From: Candidatus Rifleibacteriota bacterium
GTDB lineage: Bacteria; Muiribacteriota; Ozemobacteria; Ozemobacterales; Ozemobacteraceae
NCBI GenBank assembly: GCA_051747585.1
Contig: JBNJGH010000032.1
Location: 1 to 31,543 of the forward strand
Direction of reading: 5' to 3'
Length of the DNA stretch: 31,543 nt
Shown in pieces: positions 17,825 to 26,825 of the stretch. The stretch's first letter is position 1. Each line of letters opens with the position of its first letter. The notes under the pieces are model-generated. The model made no database searches. It was not told the DNA's origin and worked only from the letters and a program-made list of their open reading frames with translations. The position numbers and the translations under genes are program-made.

Positions 17825-20287
17825 TTGAAAAATAGCGTTTTTATAAAATCCCTTTTAATGGTTCTTACTTTGTTTTTTATGGGCAGTAATCTGCTTTGGG
17901 GAGCTCAATTTAAAGTAGCTGTCGTTTTTGACGGACCCTCAGAAAAAAATTCCAATTTAGTTGATAAAATCAGTGACGAGCTTTCTAAGCTTGTTACCGG
18001 CTATGATCGAATTGTTTTTCCTAAAAACTATCATTTGAGCGGTGATTGGAACAAAACAAAAATCGAGCTGCAACTGAACAAGGCGTTAGCTTCTAAAGAA
18101 ATCGATGCTGTTATCAGCCTCGGACCGGTTAGCTCTCATTTGTTGTGCCAGAAGAATTTTATAAGAAAACCCGCTTTTGCCGCACAGGTATTAAACGCAG
18201 ACATACAAAAAATCAGAGCACCTGAAAAATTGCCCGAAAATCTTAATTACATAAATTATGATATCGATGTTGCACAGCATCTTCAAAAGTTGCAGGAAAT
18301 TCAGAAATTTTCCAGGCTGGCTGTAATTACCGGCTCATATTTTAAACAAGGGATTCCCGAACTCAAAAGCTTTTTAACGGACTGGGCAAAAGACCATCAG
18401 CTGAAAATCGAATATATTTCAACTGATAATTTACTTAACTATGGTGCATCTCAATTGAGAAATATTGATTCAGCCTATATTCTGCCAGTGCCTCAGCTTA
18501 ATAAGGCTGCTTTCAAGCAAATTGTCAGCCATCTGATAGATAAAAAAATACCTTCAATGAATATGTTTGGCCAGGATAAGGTTAAACAGGGAATAGTGGT
18601 AAGTCTGGCCGAAAATATCAATTCAGATAAACTGGCTCGCAGACTTGCATTAAATTTGCAGAGATTGACTTTTGAAGAAATTCCCGCTGATTTTTCAACC
18701 GCTTTTTCCCATGACTCCAGATTGCATATCAATATGGAAACGGCCCGCAAAATAAAAGTCTACCCAACCTGGGAGCAGATGATTGAAGCTGTCTTAATTA
18801 ATGCCGAGCCCGAAGATGTTCAAAGAGAGCTTACTTTAACTCAGGTAATCGAAACTGCAGTAGTGCGAAATCTGCAGCTTGCAGCAAAAAAACAGGAACT
18901 TGAAGCTGACGGACATGGTATAGATCGCGCCAGTTCAAGATTGAGACCGCAACTGAATCTCTTCGGCAGAGAAAATGTTATAGATTCAGACCGGGCTGAA
19001 ACAATCATGACTCCATCTAAATACACTACTCAGATTGGTGCTGATCTGAAACAGGTTATATACAGCGAGCAGGCTCAAGCTAATGTCGATATTAAAAAAT
19101 ACATGCTCGCCGCAAAAGAAGAAGAAGAACGGGCCTTGATTCTTGATATAATGAAAGATGCTGCTCTGGCATATTTGAATGTTTTAAAAGCCAGAACCAT
19201 GCAGACAATTCAACGTGATAACCTTGAAGTGACGCGAAAAAACCTCGAACTGGCCAAGTTTCGTGAACAGGTAGGCACTTCAGGACCCGCAGAAATTTAT
19301 CGCTGGGAAATCCAGATGGCAAGTTCTCGCCAGGCAGTTATAGATGCTTCGGTGATGCGTAAAAAAGCAGAACTGGCCATGAATCAGTTGCTTAATACTT
19401 CTCAAGAAGAAGAGTTTACCACTGCTGACTGTGATATTTTCGCCAAAATATTTTTGATCGACCAGAAAGGCATAGCTCCTTATATTGATAACCAGTATGG
19501 GTTTAAGGTATTTAGAGATTTTCTGGTAAAAGATTCTTTTGCTTTCTCACCTGAAATTCGAAAGCTAAAACAGACTATTAATGCACAGCAAAGGGCCCGC
19601 CGCTCTGCCAAACGCCGTTATACCAACCCTACGGTAGCTTTGCAGGGGAATTTTACCCGGAATTTGAAAAAAGCCGGTATTGGTGAACCGAAACCGCCAC
19701 TGAGCGGTCCGTTCAGCAATGTGTTCAGCTACCCGGATGATAACGACTGGTTTGTCGGTGTTAATGTTTCTATTCCGCTTCATGAGGGCGGTGATCGTCG
19801 TGCCGCGATTAAACAGACTGACGCTGTTATCGGACAACTCGAAAATAATCTTGATTTTCTTATGCAGCGTCTTGAACTGAATACCAGAGTAACCCTTGAA
19901 GATGCCCGCTCTTCTTTTTCGAGTATAGGACTTTCGAATTCAAGGGCAGAATACGCATCAAAAGCTCTTGATCTGGTTCAAAGTGCTTATCAGCGGGGTG
20001 CGGTCAATATTCTTGACCTTATCGATGCTCAAAATGCTTCTTTGGTGGCCAAGGAAGCTTCTGCCAACGCTATGTACAACTTTTTCGGCGATTTTGTTAA
20101 AGTTTGCCGGGCTGTTGGAAACTTTGATTTTATTCTTAATCAACAGAGTCACGATGTCTGGAAAGAAAAGCTCAAGAACTATTACCGAATTAATGCTGTT
20201 AACGCTGTAATAGATAGAAAGCCTGCTGCGCAAAAACCTGAAATAGGAAAGTATGAAACTGAGCGCACCCTTTATGAAGAAAAATGA
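17825..20287 (+). CDS. TolC-family protein with N-terminal ABC substrate-binding-like domain
   Basis: GGAGG RBS at 17813-17817 favours TTG 17825; signal peptide; about 310-aa periplasmic-binding-like region ending LHINMETARKIKV; then TolC repeats (LTLTQVIETAVVRNLQL, VNVSIPLHEGG, YQRGAVNILDLIDAQ). Confidence 0.88.
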   Translation: MKNSVFIKSLLMVLTLFFMGSNLLWGAQFKVAVVFDGPSEKNSNLVDKISDELSKLVTGYDRIVFPKNYHLSGDWNKTKIELQLNKALASKEIDAVISLGPVSSHLLCQKNFIRKPAFAAQVLNADIQKIRAPEKLPENLNYINYDIDVAQHLQKLQEIQKFSRLAVITGSYFKQGIPELKSFLTDWAKDHQLKIEYISTDNLLNYGASQLRNIDSAYILPVPQLNKAAFKQIVSHLIDKKIPSMNMFGQDKVKQGIVVSLAENINSDKLARRLALNLQRLTFEEIPADFSTAFSHDSRLHINMETARKIKVYPTWEQMIEAVLINAEPEDVQRELTLTQVIETAVVRNLQLAAKKQELEADGHGIDRASSRLRPQLNLFGRENVIDSDRAETIMTPSKYTTQIGADLKQVIYSEQAQANVDIKKYMLAAKEEEERALILDIMKDAALAYLNVLKARTMQTIQRDNLEVTRKNLELAKFREQVGTSGPAEIYRWEIQMASSRQAVIDASVMRKKAELAMNQLLNTSQEEEFTTADCDIFAKIFLIDQKGIAPYIDNQYGFKVFRDFLVKDSFAFSPEIRKLKQTINAQQRARRSAKRRYTNPTVALQGNFTRNLKKAGIGEPKPPLSGPFSNVFSYPDDNDWFVGVNVSIPLHEGGDRRAAIKQTDAVIGQLENNLDFLMQRLELNTRVTLEDARSSFSSIGLSNSRAEYASKALDLVQSAYQRGAVNILDLIDAQNASLVAKEASANAMYNFFGDFVKVCRAVGNFDFILNQQSHDVWKEKLKNYYRINAVNAVIDRKPAAQKPEIGKYETERTLYEEK

Positions 20288-21471
20288 GTCAGTAGTCTGG
20301 CAGCCATTTTTTCACGCAGGAATTTCTGTTTAACCATAACTCTGTTATGTCGAGCTTTGGCAGTCAGATGTTCGTAGTTCTCGGCAAGTTTTATTGCTTG
20401 TGAAACCAGTTGTTCGTGACTGGTCGGATTATAGTAAAGATTGCCGCCGGATACCTCTAGTATGTCGGCGGCTTCGCCTTTAAGGCCATATAAGACGGGT
20501 TTGCCTGCTGCCATATAATCAAAGACTTTTGAGGGAATTGTTTTATTCATTGTTCCGTCATCTTTTAAATGCAGCATAAGGGCATCGGCATTTTTTATCA
20601 GCTCAATTGCCTTTTCTTTTGCTACAACACCACTGATCTCAATATTGTTGAGATTTAGTTTCTTAATTTCGTTTTCGAGAAATTCTTTTTCGACCCCGTT
20701 GCCCGTAAGTTTGAACCTTATTCGCTTTTCTTGTCGTTGGGCGAGAGCTTCGGCCGCTTTTACTACCAGACCGAGGTTTTGACAATAACCCATGTTGCCT
20801 ATATAAAGAATTTCAATTGTGTCGCCTGGTTGTCTTGTCTTGTCAGGCTCCTTACCCAGAAGCTTTTCGGGAATGGCGTTGTAAATAACAACAGGTCGTT
20901 TTCGCTTTGAAATGCTTTTTATATAATCTGCCATTGGGTTGGCTACGCAACTTGTTTTGTCTGCCAGCCGATAAAGAGCCTTTTCGACAATTTTTGCGCC
21001 TTTGAAAAGAAGCCCTTTGTCTGAAATCTGGCCTGCAACTACCGCCGATTCTGGCCATATATCTCTTATATCGAGGCAAAAAGCCGCTCTTTTGATTTTG
21101 GCAATCAAATACCCGGCTATGCCGGTAAATAAGGGAGGGCTCGAAGCCCAAACTATGTCAAAAGTGCCTTTGTGCTTGAAGGATGCTTTAATTGCGCCCA
21201 ACATAAAAGAAAGGTAATGTCTTATGTAATTCCATTTTCCGCCGCCTTCATATTTAAAGAGGGGTACACGGGTAACCTTGATGTTACCATCGTCGATTTC
21301 TTTATTGTCGATTTGTCCCTTATGTGGCTCGCCTGCTATGACATGAACTTCCAACCCTTGATTCGAAAGCCATTCTGCAGTTTCTTTTATTCTAAAAGCG
21401 CAGGCTGTAACATCGGGATAGTAAAATTGCGAAATGATCAATATTTTTTCAGGTTTACCAGCTGATAACAT
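20272..21471 (-). CDS. Glycosyltransferase family 4 (WbuB/CapL-like)
   Basis: ISQFYYPD, SSPPLF, DIRDIWPES, YIGNMGYCQNL, IPSKVFDYMAAGKPV. Confidence 0.93.
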   Translation of the reverse strand: MLSAGKPEKILIISQFYYPDVTACAFRIKETAEWLSNQGLEVHVIAGEPHKGQIDNKEIDDGNIKVTRVPLFKYEGGGKWNYIRHYLSFMLGAIKASFKHKGTFDIVWASSPPLFTGIAGYLIAKIKRAAFCLDIRDIWPESAVVAGQISDKGLLFKGAKIVEKALYRLADKTSCVANPMADYIKSISKRKRPVVIYNAIPEKLLGKEPDKTRQPGDTIEILYIGNMGYCQNLGLVVKAAEALAQRQEKRIRFKLTGNGVEKEFLENEIKKLNLNNIEISGVVAKEKAIELIKNADALMLHLKDDGTMNKTIPSKVFDYMAAGKPVLYGLKGEAADILEVSGGNLYYNPTSHEQLVSQAIKLAENYEHLTAKARHNRVMVKQKFLREKMAARLLTHFSS

Positions 21472-23110
21472 AGTCGATTGCCTCGGTTTGGTGATTGCTT
21501 ATTATGAGTTTTTCACTTCTTATTTCCCGGCTGAAATCAGGATACCAGCTATGAATCACGCTGCGCATTTTGTTCCCGGTGGTAATAAAAAACTCGGCTC
21601 TTTTACAGGTCAAATGAATATTGCCGGGTTCTGAGCTCGGCAGAATCATACAATCAGGATGCAGGTGCAGAAGCGAGCAGAAGGTTCCGGTAATGCGTCG
21701 GTCATAAAGCCGGTCTCTGACCTTGATTCGATTAGATGAAAAAATTATTTCCCGTCTGATTCTTTGCATAAATTGATCTTTTATTTCGATTGTCAGAAGT
21801 GACTTATCAGAGTCAAAATAGAGATTCTCAATTTTTGCTCTTTTTCCGATGCGAAAACTGCCCCAGATGTCAGATTGCTCGCTGTGTTCTATCAAAGATA
21901 TATTATGAGAGCTGCTTGAGCGGCAATGTTGCCTGATCTGAGTGTTTTGATACGAGCCGCAGCCGGTGTCTACAATGCATCTTTGCCCATTTATGCTTAG
22001 TTCGAAAGAACAAATGTCGCAATGGGTGTGGCCCGGCTGATGCGCTGGTGAAGGCTCTTTGCAGCTTAAAACAAAGTAGTCGTTTTTATCGCGCCGTACA
22101 AAGAATCCCGAATCTTCCAGCAGGTAGTTGAGGGGTTTTTCTTTATGAGAGTCTTTTTTTACAATTCCCGCTTTCAGGGTAGAATCATTAAAAAGCGCTA
22201 TTTTACCGTCTGGATGAGTCAGATTAGCCAGCCAGTCGTTAAACAGGGGTAATTTTGCGTTAATTTTATCCTTAAGCTCTTTCAAAGTAACTTCAAGACT
22301 CGTATCTTTAATAAACTCAATATGTTGGGCCTGACTTATACTTTCAGCTACCTTTTTCAGTGCTTCGAGCATTTCTTTGTGGTACATGGGGCTTCTTTCG
22401 TAATGCCCTCCATCTGCAAAGAACTGTTCGTCAATTTGCTGTGATAGCTCCTGGGCAGCTGACTTTGCCTGTTTGCCATTCGTTTGCGGTTTGTTTGTGT
22501 CTTTTCGTAATAGAAAAAGCGATGCAATAAGCAGCGCTGCAAGGTTTTCGAAAAGATGATTGGCCTGGTTATGGTATTCCAGATCTGTCATAAGGCGTCT
22601 TGATTGACTTTGAATTGAAGATACAATGCAGTCTTGAATTGGCCCAACCAGATCAGAATATTGATCGAGCCATATACACCAGTTAACTATACGTTTGCAT
22701 AATGGGTAAGGCTCCCAGCTTTCGCTTCCTGGGTCGCTGTTTTTTTCTATCCAGTCAAAAATAAGATGAAGGGCAAGTTCTTTGGATAGAAATGCCTCTT
22801 TGTTGAAAAGCCAGGAAAAATAATTGAGATTGTACAGCCAGAGCTTGTCTGGAACTGCTTCGGGCTCCCAGTCTTTGCTTGTCCATTTCATTTCTTCTGT
22901 TTTGAAATTCCGGCTTTCATTGAGCAATTCAAGACTGAATTCTGAATTGCCTTTAAATGGATACAATCTTTTTAACTCCCGGGCTGCTCCTGGCTCATAG
23001 CCTGGTTTCGAGGGTCCGGCAAACCTTCGTTTAAACCAGAAGCTCAACCTGCCGTAAATCTGTACAGGTTTTAAATATTTGACGGTGTTAAACAACCGTA
23101 TCAATTGCAT
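21455..23110 (-). CDS. Heparinase II/III-family protein of polysaccharide loci
   Basis: KLWLYNLNYF, WEPYP, LEYHNQANHLFEN, DGGHYERSPMYH, PDGKIALFNDS, QPGHTHCD..SFELS, VDTG, SSSHN. Confidence 0.9.
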   Translation of the reverse strand: MQLIRLFNTVKYLKPVQIYGRLSFWFKRRFAGPSKPGYEPGAARELKRLYPFKGNSEFSLELLNESRNFKTEEMKWTSKDWEPEAVPDKLWLYNLNYFSWLFNKEAFLSKELALHLIFDWIEKNSDPGSESWEPYPLCKRIVNWCIWLDQYSDLVGPIQDCIVSSIQSQSRRLMTDLEYHNQANHLFENLAALLIASLFLLRKDTNKPQTNGKQAKSAAQELSQQIDEQFFADGGHYERSPMYHKEMLEALKKVAESISQAQHIEFIKDTSLEVTLKELKDKINAKLPLFNDWLANLTHPDGKIALFNDSTLKAGIVKKDSHKEKPLNYLLEDSGFFVRRDKNDYFVLSCKEPSPAHQPGHTHCDICSFELSINGQRCIVDTGCGSYQNTQIRQHCRSSSSHNISLIEHSEQSDIWGSFRIGKRAKIENLYFDSDKSLLTIEIKDQFMQRIRREIIFSSNRIKVRDRLYDRRITGTFCSLLHLHPDCMILPSSEPGNIHLTCKRAEFFITTGNKMRSVIHSWYPDFSREIRSEKLIISNHQTEAIDYVISW

Positions 23111-23112
23111 AA

Positions 23113-25266
23113 TCAGCTCTTGTTCTTTTCTTCTTTCAGGCCTGCAGCCATTAATGTTGCTTTGCTTACTTCATATATATCTTCAAACGATATAGGGCAT
23201 TCGTTACCTTCAGAAATTGAAGTCATAAATTCAGCAATGCAATTGGCATGACCTTTGTCCTGGGCCCAGAGCTTCTGGTTCCCAACAGCGGTTTCGCCAA
23301 AGCAGTTTAGAGTTTTAAAGTTATCTATCTGCATTATGCCTTTGTTAGAAAATATTTCGATTCTTTCTTTGGGAAAATCTTTGTGTCCGTTGGCGAAATA
23401 GTGAACTGTGCCTATTGAGCCGTTGGCAAAACTCAAGCTTATGCTGGCGGTATCGGGAAGATGGCTGCTGGCAAGCGGATCTTGCATAAAGGTCGATTGT
23501 ATGGTTTCTATTGAGCTGCCGGCAAAAAATTTAAGCAGATCAATGAAATGGCATGCTTCACCAAGAATTCTGCCACCTCCGCTTTCACTGTCCTGGGTCC
23601 AGTGGTCTGCAGGAATTTCGCCTGCATTGACGGTTATTACTATGCTGCAGGGACTGTTTACTGCTTCGAGTGCCTTTTTGCAGGTTTTTACCAGTGGAGA
23701 AAATCTTCGATTAAAACCTACGATTAATCTAAGATTTTTATTTTTGTTGGCATTATTGTAAGCATTTTTTATATTTTCAAGTTCTTGGAAGTCCATGCAA
23801 AGAGGCTTCTCTACAAATACGTTTTTGTTGCTTTCAAGAGCTCTGGTGACGAGTTGCGCATGAGAAGAATGACGGGTAGTTATTACTACGGTGTTTATTT
23901 CCGGATCGTCAAATATTCTCTGGCTGTCGGTGGTACTGATTAAAAATCCGTTTTTGCTGCCAACAACGGTGCCGGAAACGCCGCCGGAGCTGGAAATCGT
24001 TTTAAGAGTTGCCTCTGTTTTACTTAAGGCCGGAATAAGAGTTGAACCGGCAAAGTTGCCTGCGCCTATGACGCCGGCAACGGGTTTTTGCCCATCAATA
24101 TCTGTAGCAATTTTATCATGATCACTTAAAAATATAGATTTTTGCTCTGTATCTGTATTTTGCGGGTAATTTAAAACAAGGCCAAGCACATTGCCACCCT
24201 TTGCAACAAGTTCGTAAGCTTTTTGTGCGTTATCAAAATCAAATTCTTTGCTTACCAGATCGTCTGTTACCAATTTCTTTTCTGCCATCAGGTTGAGTAC
24301 GGCTTCGAAGTTTCGTTTAACTGTCCATCTGACAAAACCTATGGGATAATCCATTGATTTTCCTTCATAGGCATCTTCGTATCTACCAGGCCCATAGGAG
24401 CAGGATACCTGAAAACTTATTTCCTTTTTATAAAAGTCATCGCGTGAAATATTCAAACCGGTAACTCCGACAAGCACAACTCTGCCGCGTTTGCGACACA
24501 TTTGAGGTGATTGTTCTATTGGCGCATTGCTGCTGGTTGCAGCTGTGATTATAACAGCATCGAGGCCATTGCCATTCGAAAAATTCATAGCCAGATTAAC
24601 CGGGTCTATGCCGGTATCAAGGTTGAATGCTTCTATTCCATAGCTTTGAGCCATTTTGATTTTGTTGTCATCAAAATCAAAGCCTATGACTCGACAACCG
24701 TTTGCCTGTAAAATCTGGCAGGTTAGTAAACCAATTAGTCCCAGACCCATTACGGCAACACTTTCTCCGAGCGTCGGATTCGCAAGTCTGACGCCTTGAA
24801 GAGCAATGGCAGAAACTACTGTGAAGCTTGCAGCTGAGTCGCTTACCGAATCAGGGATTCTGGCGCACAGATGTTGAGGAACGCAGACAATTTCGGCGTG
24901 ATTGCCGTTAGATACTACGCGATCGCCTGGCTTGAAGCCTGAAACGCCTCGGCCAACTTCTAATACAATTCCTGAATTGGAATATCCAAGCGGAAGCGGT
25001 TGATCGAGCTTTTTAAAAACTGCATTTACTGTTGGTAACAGCCCGTCGGTTTTCATTTTTTGCAGAACCTGCTTCACTTTATCCGGCTGCTGTCTCGCTT
25101 TATTGAGCCAGCCGGCTTTGCCGAAATTAAGCAACATACGTTCAGTGCCTAATGATATAAGGGTTTTACTGGTTTTTATCAGCAGGTGCCCTGGTTTTAT
25201 TGCGGGAACAGGCAATTCAGCTGTTTCAATTTCGCCTGTTTTAAGGCTTTGCAGTATCTGTTTCAT
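23113..25266 (-). CDS. Bi-domain oxidoreductase (MDR alcohol dehydrogenase-like + Gfo/Idh/MocA)
   Basis: ISLGTE, PLGYS, GLGLIG, SCSYGPGRY in the N-terminal half; GVIGAGNF, HSSHA, VEKPL, GFNRRFSP, GRILGEACHFID in the C-terminal half. Confidence 0.93.
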   Translation of the reverse strand: MKQILQSLKTGEIETAELPVPAIKPGHLLIKTSKTLISLGTERMLLNFGKAGWLNKARQQPDKVKQVLQKMKTDGLLPTVNAVFKKLDQPLPLGYSNSGIVLEVGRGVSGFKPGDRVVSNGNHAEIVCVPQHLCARIPDSVSDSAASFTVVSAIALQGVRLANPTLGESVAVMGLGLIGLLTCQILQANGCRVIGFDFDDNKIKMAQSYGIEAFNLDTGIDPVNLAMNFSNGNGLDAVIITAATSSNAPIEQSPQMCRKRGRVVLVGVTGLNISRDDFYKKEISFQVSCSYGPGRYEDAYEGKSMDYPIGFVRWTVKRNFEAVLNLMAEKKLVTDDLVSKEFDFDNAQKAYELVAKGGNVLGLVLNYPQNTDTEQKSIFLSDHDKIATDIDGQKPVAGVIGAGNFAGSTLIPALSKTEATLKTISSSGGVSGTVVGSKNGFLISTTDSQRIFDDPEINTVVITTRHSSHAQLVTRALESNKNVFVEKPLCMDFQELENIKNAYNNANKNKNLRLIVGFNRRFSPLVKTCKKALEAVNSPCSIVITVNAGEIPADHWTQDSESGGGRILGEACHFIDLLKFFAGSSIETIQSTFMQDPLASSHLPDTASISLSFANGSIGTVHYFANGHKDFPKERIEIFSNKGIMQIDNFKTLNCFGETAVGNQKLWAQDKGHANCIAEFMTSISEGNECPISFEDIYEVSKATLMAAGLKEEKNKS

Positions 25267-26820
25267 TTACGGCCTCTCCTCATTTAGAAGTTGGTCTAAT
25301 TCAATTACAAGCTCCGAAGAGCTTAGCGATTTGAGTGAATCGCCGGGCTTGTTTTCAGCAATCTGCTTTGAAATTGATGCATACATACGTCTGTACGCAT
25401 CGATTTTGTTAATTTTTGTTTTCCGGATCCAGCCTTGTTTGTTTTCCGATTTGTAATCGCTTGAGTCTGTCATATAAATGGTGGTCTGACCTTTTCGCAG
25501 TTCTATATAATCTCTAACCCCAAGTCTCGAACTGCCCTGGTCGGTAAGCACCATGGAAAAAACCGCTTTGTTTTCAAGTTCAATGTAAACATTTATCTGC
25601 CCGGTTTTTGATTTGGTAACTGTCTTTTTAACCGGTGGGGAATATGAGTTTAGAAACATGAAATGATCGATCCAGTGGCAACCATTACTAAGAATTCTGC
25701 TGCCTGCGTTGGGCCAGTTATACCAGTGTCTTTCTGGTAAGGGTATTTCGTATACTATGCAGAAGTAGTCTATGCTGTCGCCCGGCTCATGTTGCAGATC
25801 TGCTTTTACCCATTGATTTAACAGGCTGTATCGCTTATGAAAACAGGCGAAAAAATTGCCTTTATTCTGCTCTAAAAGTCCCTTCATTTGCTTGATCTGT
25901 GACATTGTTGTTGCAACAGGCTTTTCAATTACGGCATAGGCGTTTTTATTAAAAGCTCTAAGTGCAATATCTGCATGGGTATGGTGGTAACCTGCTGCAA
26001 AATAAACGTCAAAATTATGGTTGGGCAACGGAAAAGGAGAAGTTGACATGTAGCCGTCTCCCCATTTTTTAAGGCCCATCTGCGCCGGGTCGATTTCATG
26101 TACGGCACACAGGCTTATTCGCTCGTCAAGGTTCGGTATGATAAAAGTTTTGGCATAATTACCAAGTCCGAATAGCGCGGCTTTTAGCTTGTCAGTTTTT
26201 ATCAGTTCTCTGTGAGGTAACGAGCCGGTCTTTTCTACATGAAGTTTCTTCGCCGTGGCGGATTGTTTGTTGCTTTTAACTTGTTTAATAAAACTTTTCA
26301 ACCCGCTTGAAATCAGGTCTTTATTAACAGGTAGCCCGGAAAAACTTGACCAGCCAATATAATTCTCTAATTCTTCGGGTAGATTCATTGAGTGGTTTTT
26401 GTAAAATCGCAGTTCATCAGTTGATATGTCTGATTCGTCATTTTGGGTTACCAGACAATCAGGCAGAACTATTTCGTTTACACATTCAGGATGGTTTGGA
26501 GCAAAAAATACAACCTGATCTCCGGCAGAAAATGATTTTCTTGCACTGCTTTCTTGAACGACACCGGTTCCTATAGAGTAAAATTTTTCATTGCGGTATC
26601 TTTCTCTGGTTCTTGAAAGCAGCTTTAAAAAAACTGCTCTGAAACCCACGTCGAGCAAATAATTCCAGACAATACGCCAGTCACGCGGATACGAAATGTA
26701 TTGCTTGTCTACTTTGTCCAGCAGATACCAGTCGGTGACCTTAACTTTTACCTGATTGTCCTGATAAATTTCGTAATCGCAAAAGCCGTTCTGCCATTTG
26801 CCACCTGCCAAAATATACAT
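25267..26820 (-). CDS. Gfo/Idh/MocA oxidoreductase with a degenerate N-terminal GroES-like domain; divergent paralog of the downstream gene
   Basis: ALFGLGNY, HHTHA, IEKPVA, CFHKRYS, RILSNGCHWID. N-terminal GTGVV...FSAGDQVV...NH parallels the GroES part of the bi-domain enzyme. Confidence 0.8.
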   Translation of the reverse strand: MYILAGGKWQNGFCDYEIYQDNQVKVKVTDWYLLDKVDKQYISYPRDWRIVWNYLLDVGFRAVFLKLLSRTRERYRNEKFYSIGTGVVQESSARKSFSAGDQVVFFAPNHPECVNEIVLPDCLVTQNDESDISTDELRFYKNHSMNLPEELENYIGWSSFSGLPVNKDLISSGLKSFIKQVKSNKQSATAKKLHVEKTGSLPHRELIKTDKLKAALFGLGNYAKTFIIPNLDERISLCAVHEIDPAQMGLKKWGDGYMSTSPFPLPNHNFDVYFAAGYHHTHADIALRAFNKNAYAVIEKPVATTMSQIKQMKGLLEQNKGNFFACFHKRYSLLNQWVKADLQHEPGDSIDYFCIVYEIPLPERHWYNWPNAGSRILSNGCHWIDHFMFLNSYSPPVKKTVTKSKTGQINVYIELENKAVFSMVLTDQGSSRLGVRDYIELRKGQTTIYMTDSSDYKSENKQGWIRKTKINKIDAYRRMYASISKQIAENKPGDSLKSLSSSELVIELDQLLNEERP

Positions 26821-26825
26821 TTTTA

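Noticed and set aside
21455..23110. Heparinase as a glycosaminoglycan-degrading enzyme
   Set aside because: It has no signal peptide and lies inside a biosynthetic operon; this subfamily is typical of polysaccharide synthesis loci.
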